Below, one piece after another: positions 59,253 to 64,000 of a stretch of DNA of 64,000 nt. The notes below the pieces were generated by a model that did not search any database, was not told the origin of the DNA, and worked only from the letters and a program-made list of their open reading frames with translations. Location: contig CAVTCS010000003.1 in assembly GCA_963733295.1 (NCBI GenBank), positions 1,280,001 through 1,344,000 of the forward strand, written 5' to 3'. Made by a program: the position numbers and the translations under genes. Source of the stretch: Vulcanimicrobiota bacterium. Its GTDB lineage: Bacteria; Vulcanimicrobiota; Vulcanimicrobiia; Vulcanimicrobiales; Vulcanimicrobiaceae. The stretch's first letter is position 1. Each line of letters starts with the position of its first letter.

Positions 59253-61361
59253 CTAGACCCCGGCGACCGCTTTGACGAGGTTTCTCGCAAAGGGCGCTCC
59301 CAGGCCGGTCACGAGATCCAGGCCGGGTCCGGCGTTGTACCCCGGTGCGAAGGGCGGCGTCGGCGTGGCCCGCGGTCCCGGGGTGCCGTTTGGGGTGAAC
59401 GGCGCGCCATTGGCGCCGTAGAGTACGTCGTAGAACACGCTGCTGTAGCTGGACAGCTGGTTCTGATAGACCTTGTAGTAGTAGTTGTTCGGATTGCCGA
59501 GCCGGTACGGGTACGCGCCGGGCCCGCTCCCGCAGCCGGCCGTAGCTTTGCAAGCGGAAAGGACCAGCGCCCACATCGCCGCGGCCTCGGGCGTCGCAAC
59601 GCTCGTGCCGCCGATCGGTGCGACGATGCGGCCTCCTAAGTTCGGCAGCGCGTCCAAGACGACGGCGACGCCGGTGTTGAGGTCCGCGTCGAGTGAAACG
59701 TCGGGCTGGCTCCGTTTATTTCCAACGAGTGCGGTACATGGGTCGGGTGGTGTCAGCGCGCTCTCGAAGGCCGGCTGAGGAAACGTCTCAGAACATCCTC
59801 CGCCCGAACCGCCGGTTTGCGTCTGCTGCCCCCAGCCGGTCATCGGCCCGGTCAGCGCGCCCGAACTGTCGAGCGGCGTGTTCAAACCACCGACGCTCAC
59901 CACGTTCGGATCGGTCGAGGGATACGAAACGCACTCCGCGTTCGGGTTGGTTTCGATCGTCGAATCCAAGCAGGCTTGCGCGCCATTGTCGCCGGACGCG
60001 GCGAAGATTGCGACGCCTTCGGCCGCGAGCGCGCTGAACTCGGCCGGGCCGAAACCGTTTCCACTCGAATCGTAGTAGTATCCCAGCGAGTCAGGTTCGT
60101 CGCCGCCGAAACTCATCGAGATGACGTCCGCCGTTCCGGTGCCGATCGCTTCTTGGATCTCGTCGTCGGTGAGGAAGATGCCCAGTTCTTGGCTAGGCGC
60201 GCCGCCCGGTGGGTTCGGACAGTTGGTCGTGAAAGGGCCGCCCGCGGTGAAGCACTCGTGCGGGTTGTACGCGATGTAAAACTGGACGCTCGCGCCGGGC
60301 GCGAGGCTTGCGGCCTGTTCGGTGTCGAGCTGCGCCTCGCCGTCTTCAGGATTGCACGTGGTGTAATCCGTCGGATAGACCGGCGGACTGGCAAGGAGGT
60401 TGACGCCTTGCGCCGTGCAGGCCGAAGTGTTCGGCGCCGTTACCGGTGGCGGCGGCACGAGCCCTTTTGAGTAGGAACCGCCCGGCGAACCGTCACCAGG
60501 CGAAACGTTGGCATCGGTGCTGTACACTTGCGTAACCGGCGCGCAGCTGCGCCCGAACATGAAACAGAACTCGGAAACGTCCCCGGGCGTGCCGGTGTTG
60601 TCGGTAATCGGTCCCGTGCCGATGATGCCGATCGTGATGCCCGCACCGGTGAAGCCGGCCTGAGCCGCGCCGGTGTAGTCGAAGACGTTGGCGATTTGCT
60701 GGGGCGAATAACCCTGCAGCAGTCCGTTTCCGGCGCGAACCGGAACCATATTCCGGTCCCGGAAGCGGTATTTCGCGACGGAGGTCAGCCCGGCGATCCG
60801 CAGCCCGAGCGGCAGCTTCGGCGCGCTGCTCGGTGCGATGAAGGTCTGATTTCCCTTTTTAAAGAGGCCGAACGTTATCCCCAGCGCGGCCTCGACGCCG
60901 CTTTGAGGCCCGAAGGCACGCATCATCTGACGCTGCGGATACGTCTCGACGGTGATCCCGTAGCCGTTGAGGTACTTGACCGCGCGCGTGTAGTCGGCTT
61001 GCGCCGCGCCGAAGCGCGCGCCGATCTCTTGCGGCGTAAGCCAGTGCCGGAAAAGCGGCGAATGCGGATCGTTCGCCGCTTTGGCGTAGGCTGCCAAGCC
61101 CGCGGCGTTGGACATCTGAATCCAGACGTCCAGGCCGACCGAATTCATCTGCGCCCGCCCAACGTAGCTCGCGCCTTGCAGAAGGTTCGCCCCGTACACC
61201 GCGGAGGTGGCTGCACCCGCGCCGCCGCCGCTGACCGGGCCACCGGGGGATGAGCCGTTTCCCACCGCCGGTACGGACGAGTGACCTCCACTGCACGCGA
61301 GCATGCCGAGCAGGGCGAGGTACGCCGGAATTCTGGCCACACATCGCGCGAGGTTCTTCAT
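59253..61361 (-). CDS. S53 (sedolisin/kumamolisin) family peptidase, lipoprotein
   Basis: Lipobox ending LAC, prodomain P.SP.F..WLTP, EAQLDTE, AASGDNG, GGTSVATP, GLDLVTGLG. Confidence 0.92.
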   Translation of the reverse strand: MKNLARCVARIPAYLALLGMLACSGGHSSVPAVGNGSSPGGPVSGGGAGAATSAVYGANLLQGASYVGRAQMNSVGLDVWIQMSNAAGLAAYAKAANDPHSPLFRHWLTPQEIGARFGAAQADYTRAVKYLNGYGITVETYPQRQMMRAFGPQSGVEAALGITFGLFKKGNQTFIAPSSAPKLPLGLRIAGLTSVAKYRFRDRNMVPVRAGNGLLQGYSPQQIANVFDYTGAAQAGFTGAGITIGIIGTGPITDNTGTPGDVSEFCFMFGRSCAPVTQVYSTDANVSPGDGSPGGSYSKGLVPPPPVTAPNTSACTAQGVNLLASPPVYPTDYTTCNPEDGEAQLDTEQAASLAPGASVQFYIAYNPHECFTAGGPFTTNCPNPPGGAPSQELGIFLTDDEIQEAIGTGTADVISMSFGGDEPDSLGYYYDSSGNGFGPAEFSALAAEGVAIFAASGDNGAQACLDSTIETNPNAECVSYPSTDPNVVSVGGLNTPLDSSGALTGPMTGWGQQTQTGGSGGGCSETFPQPAFESALTPPDPCTALVGNKRSQPDVSLDADLNTGVAVVLDALPNLGGRIVAPIGGTSVATPEAAAMWALVLSACKATAGCGSGPGAYPYRLGNPNNYYYKVYQNQLSSYSSVFYDVLYGANGAPFTPNGTPGPRATPTPPFAPGYNAGPGLDLVTGLGAPFARNLVKAVAGV

Positions 61362-62728
61362 CGATGCAGTCTCTCCGAAAGGGCACGGTGCAGATGGGTC
61401 AGCAGCGTGCGTTCGCGCGCGAGCTTGATGCGCTCGACGGTCGCGATGAAGTTCGCGCGCGCGTTCGCGATGCGGAAGCCGGTCGCTTGCGCCTGAAGGG
61501 TCCGGGAGCGCGCCGACGGCGAAACCGCGGCGGCGGTCAAGCCGAGGGTCGTCGAAACCGTCGTCGTCTCGAGCGGCGTGTTGCTGAAGTTGATCAAGAA
61601 GAGACTTTGCCCGCTGTAGTCGTAGTAGCTCAGCAGCTGGTCGTTCAGCACGACGCACGCCGCGCCGAAATCCGGAACGACGTAAACGGTCTGCAGCAGA
61701 GTCTCGGTGGTCCCGAGAATCGTATCGGTCGTGTGCACTTGCTGCACGACCGCGTTCGCAGTCTGACCGATGGTCGCGGGTACGCCGCAACTGCTTGGGA
61801 TGTTCTGCGCTCCCATGTTGGTATCGGTTTCGGTGGAGAGAGCGAGGGGCAGCGTGAACCAAACCGGCACGGTGCCGCTCTGAGGCGTGAAGCCGGGTTG
61901 AGTGATCGTAATCGGAATCATCGGCGACGGGCCGGGCTGGGGCGAGCCAAAGGCGACCACGGTGTTCGGCGGCCCGAGGAACGGAAACGAGTAGGAACCC
62001 GAACCGTCGCTGTTCTCGACGATCGTGGCGGTCACGGGCGCGGGCGGAGGCGTGTACTGCGAACCGCTTGGGAACGTGGTCGTATCGGTGTACGAACCGT
62101 CGGCGTTCACGCTACGGACGGCGCTTTGATTGCCGGGCGACGTTTCGTTGAGCGACTCGGCCGCGTTGTTGCCCCACGACGCGCCCGGAACTTCGGGCAA
62201 CTCGTCGACGATGCGCGGCGCGGCCGCTCCGGATGCGCCGTATTGGATCAGCAGCGTCTCGCCGAAGTTGTCGCTCGAGTTGTATCCGTAGTCAACCAGA
62301 TTCGTTCCCGAGCCCGAGGCGACTTCGGCGTAGTACGTATTCGTCGTTATGGTCGTCGTTTGGAGCGGCGTCGTATCGGTCTCTTGCGTCGTGAAATCGG
62401 CCAAGTTCGAGACGCCGTTGAACGACGCGGGCGCGCTGACGGCGACCGATTGCGTGACATTTGCGATCGAACTTGCGGCCGGACTCGGCGAGGCGCCCTC
62501 GTAGACGAACGTTTGCGACGTCTGACCCGAATACGAGAACGTGTCGCCGTTGGCCAACGGCCGGGTGCTTACGACGACGCTTGGCACCGGTGTGGGCGTC
62601 GGCGTCGCAGGTGGCGCCGTCGGATGCGACGGCGTCGAACTGGAACCGCCGCCGCCCCCGCACGCAGCGAGCGCCAACGCGAGGACGCTGCACAATAGAA
62701 AAACTGCCGGCCGTCCAGATTCCGTCAT
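61358..62728 (-). CDS. Hypothetical Thr/Ser-rich lipoprotein
   Basis: Lipobox LAAC-GGGGG, PT linker, ATGA overlap with the S53 gene. Confidence 0.8.
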   Translation of the reverse strand: MTESGRPAVFLLCSVLALALAACGGGGGSSSTPSHPTAPPATPTPTPVPSVVVSTRPLANGDTFSYSGQTSQTFVYEGASPSPAASSIANVTQSVAVSAPASFNGVSNLADFTTQETDTTPLQTTTITTNTYYAEVASGSGTNLVDYGYNSSDNFGETLLIQYGASGAAAPRIVDELPEVPGASWGNNAAESLNETSPGNQSAVRSVNADGSYTDTTTFPSGSQYTPPPAPVTATIVENSDGSGSYSFPFLGPPNTVVAFGSPQPGPSPMIPITITQPGFTPQSGTVPVWFTLPLALSTETDTNMGAQNIPSSCGVPATIGQTANAVVQQVHTTDTILGTTETLLQTVYVVPDFGAACVVLNDQLLSYYDYSGQSLFLINFSNTPLETTTVSTTLGLTAAAVSPSARSRTLQAQATGFRIANARANFIATVERIKLARERTLLTHLHRALSERLHR

Positions 62729-62916
62729 GGCTTTGCGAGTTGCAACAGCGCTGCGAGGTATCCTACATGTCTGAAAATTCTGAGAGCGCAAAGTGAGCAG
62801 CTTGCTCGCCGGCAGTTCCAAGCTCGCAGACGCTCGCGGCCGAGGGGCGGAACCCGAGGAACCAGGCTCGAACGCGCTGCGTTGGCTTTTTAGCCGGCCG
62901 GTTCTCGAGAGGCAGA

Positions 62917-63618
62917 TTGAAGCAGCGTCGCTCCACGCGGTCCCATTTTTCCATAACCTTGCGGGTCGGGCTTGCGCTGGCGCTGGGCGTGAGCCTCGCG
63001 TTCGCAACACGAGCCGGTGCGCAAGCCCCGCCGCCGCCGCCGGTGCCCAACCCGAACGCGACCCCCTTGGCACCCGGACCCGCGATTCAGCCTAGTCCCG
63101 GCACGCCGGTGCCCAGCGCGACGCCCATTCCGACGCCGAGCCCGGCTCCGAAGGGAAAGCACCACAAGGCCGCGCCGAGCACCCCGGCCGGCGCCACGCC
63201 GACACCCACGCCGACCTCGCCCGCTTTCGCGACCCTCGACGGCACGTGGGAAGTCCAAGAGCAATATATCGATAGGACGGTTTACTCGTATCTCGACCTC
63301 AAGCAGTCGCCTTCGGGTGACTTGAGCGGCCGCTGGCGCTGGAAAAACGGAAAGCTTTACCCGCTCGAGGGCAGCTATGACGGCCGCAATTTCAAGATGA
63401 TCGTCAAAGGGCCCGACGGCGACTACAACCTCAGCGGCTTCGTCGAGGCGGCCTCCGACATGATCGGTCTGATCGACGACGGCAAGGGCAAGGACCCGAT
63501 CCCCTTCACCGCCGAGCACCGCCAGGCGCAACCCAAAGGCATCCTCCGCCGCGGCGATACGGTGCCGGCCGCTCAGCCGACGAGCGGTGCGACGCCGTCC
63601 TCCGGTACGCACTACTAG
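62917..63618 (+). CDS. Hypothetical secreted protein with Pro/Thr-rich N-region
   Basis: Signal peptide ending AGA, PT repeats, compact beta domain (LDGTWEVQ...). Confidence 0.7.
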   Translation: MKQRRSTRSHFSITLRVGLALALGVSLAFATRAGAQAPPPPPVPNPNATPLAPGPAIQPSPGTPVPSATPIPTPSPAPKGKHHKAAPSTPAGATPTPTPTSPAFATLDGTWEVQEQYIDRTVYSYLDLKQSPSGDLSGRWRWKNGKLYPLEGSYDGRNFKMIVKGPDGDYNLSGFVEAASDMIGLIDDGKGKDPIPFTAEHRQAQPKGILRRGDTVPAAQPTSGATPSSGTHY

Positions 63619-63668
63619 ATTCCGCTCGAGGCATAGCGAGCGCGCTGTCCTGCGTCGAAGGCATCGGC

Positions 63669-64000
63669 ATGGACGATCACGAGTTCGGGTTTCGGACGCG
63701 CGCGCTGCACGCCGGGACCCCGCCCGATCCGGCCACGGGCGCGCGCGCGTTGCCGATCTACTTGTCCTCCAGTTTCGTGTTCGACTCGACCGAGCACGCG
63801 GCCGAGCTCTTCGCGTTGCGAACCTACGGCAACATCTATAGCCGGATCGGAAATCCCACCGTGGCTGCCTTCGAAGAGCGCATGGCGAGCCTCGAAGGCG
63901 GCCTCGGCGGCGTCGCGACCGCGAGCGGTCTTAGCGCGCAGCTGAGCGCGGTGCTCAGCATCGCGCAGAACGGCGACCACGTCGTCGCGGCGGCGAGCCT
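63669..64000 (+). CDS. metY: O-acetylhomoserine/O-acetylserine sulfhydrylase (partial, runs off right edge)
   Basis: Manual translation FGFRTRALHAG..PDPATGARALPIY.SSSFVFDS.EHAA.LF.L...GNIYSRIGNPT...FEERMASLEGG. Confidence 0.9.
   Translation, partial: MDDHEFGFRTRALHAGTPPDPATGARALPIYLSSSFVFDSTEHAAELFALRTYGNIYSRIGNPTVAAFEERMASLEGGLGGVATASGLSAQLSAVLSIAQNGDHVVAAAS

Overview
GC-rich bacterial chromosomal backbone, mostly housekeeping genes on the minus strand. Gene content and order (rpsU-yqeY-nfeD-floA-phoH-ybeY-dgk-cdd-recO, copper-amine-oxidase-N proteins, S53 lipoprotein peptidase) suggest a Terrabacteria-group organism, possibly Eremiobacterota/Vulcanimicrobiota (inference only). It contains rpoB, rpoC, five tRNAs with tadA, a partner-switching module, pyrG, prmC, prfA, rpmE and a partial metY. 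No CRISPR array, rRNA, integrase or intact transposase was seen. Three small accessory insertions sit inside essential loci. (1) A lipoprotein cassette is flanked by a 131-bp, ~90%-identical, mostly synonymously diverged duplication of the prfA 3' end, and is linked to prfA by a 9-codon mini-ORF. (2) rpoB and rpoC are split by a chagasin-like inhibitor gene and an orphan triple 25-bp repeat resembling a transposon end, and rpoC has its own near-consensus promoter. (3) An NLR-like DUF4062-STAND-TM-14xWD40 gene lies behind tRNA-Met, followed by a candidate Y-shaped structured RNA, a small Zn-finger-like ORF, tRNA-Arg and a patatin gene. Several genes appear to start at non-canonical CTG or ACG codons. 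All product calls come from motif recognition by eye; no searches were run.
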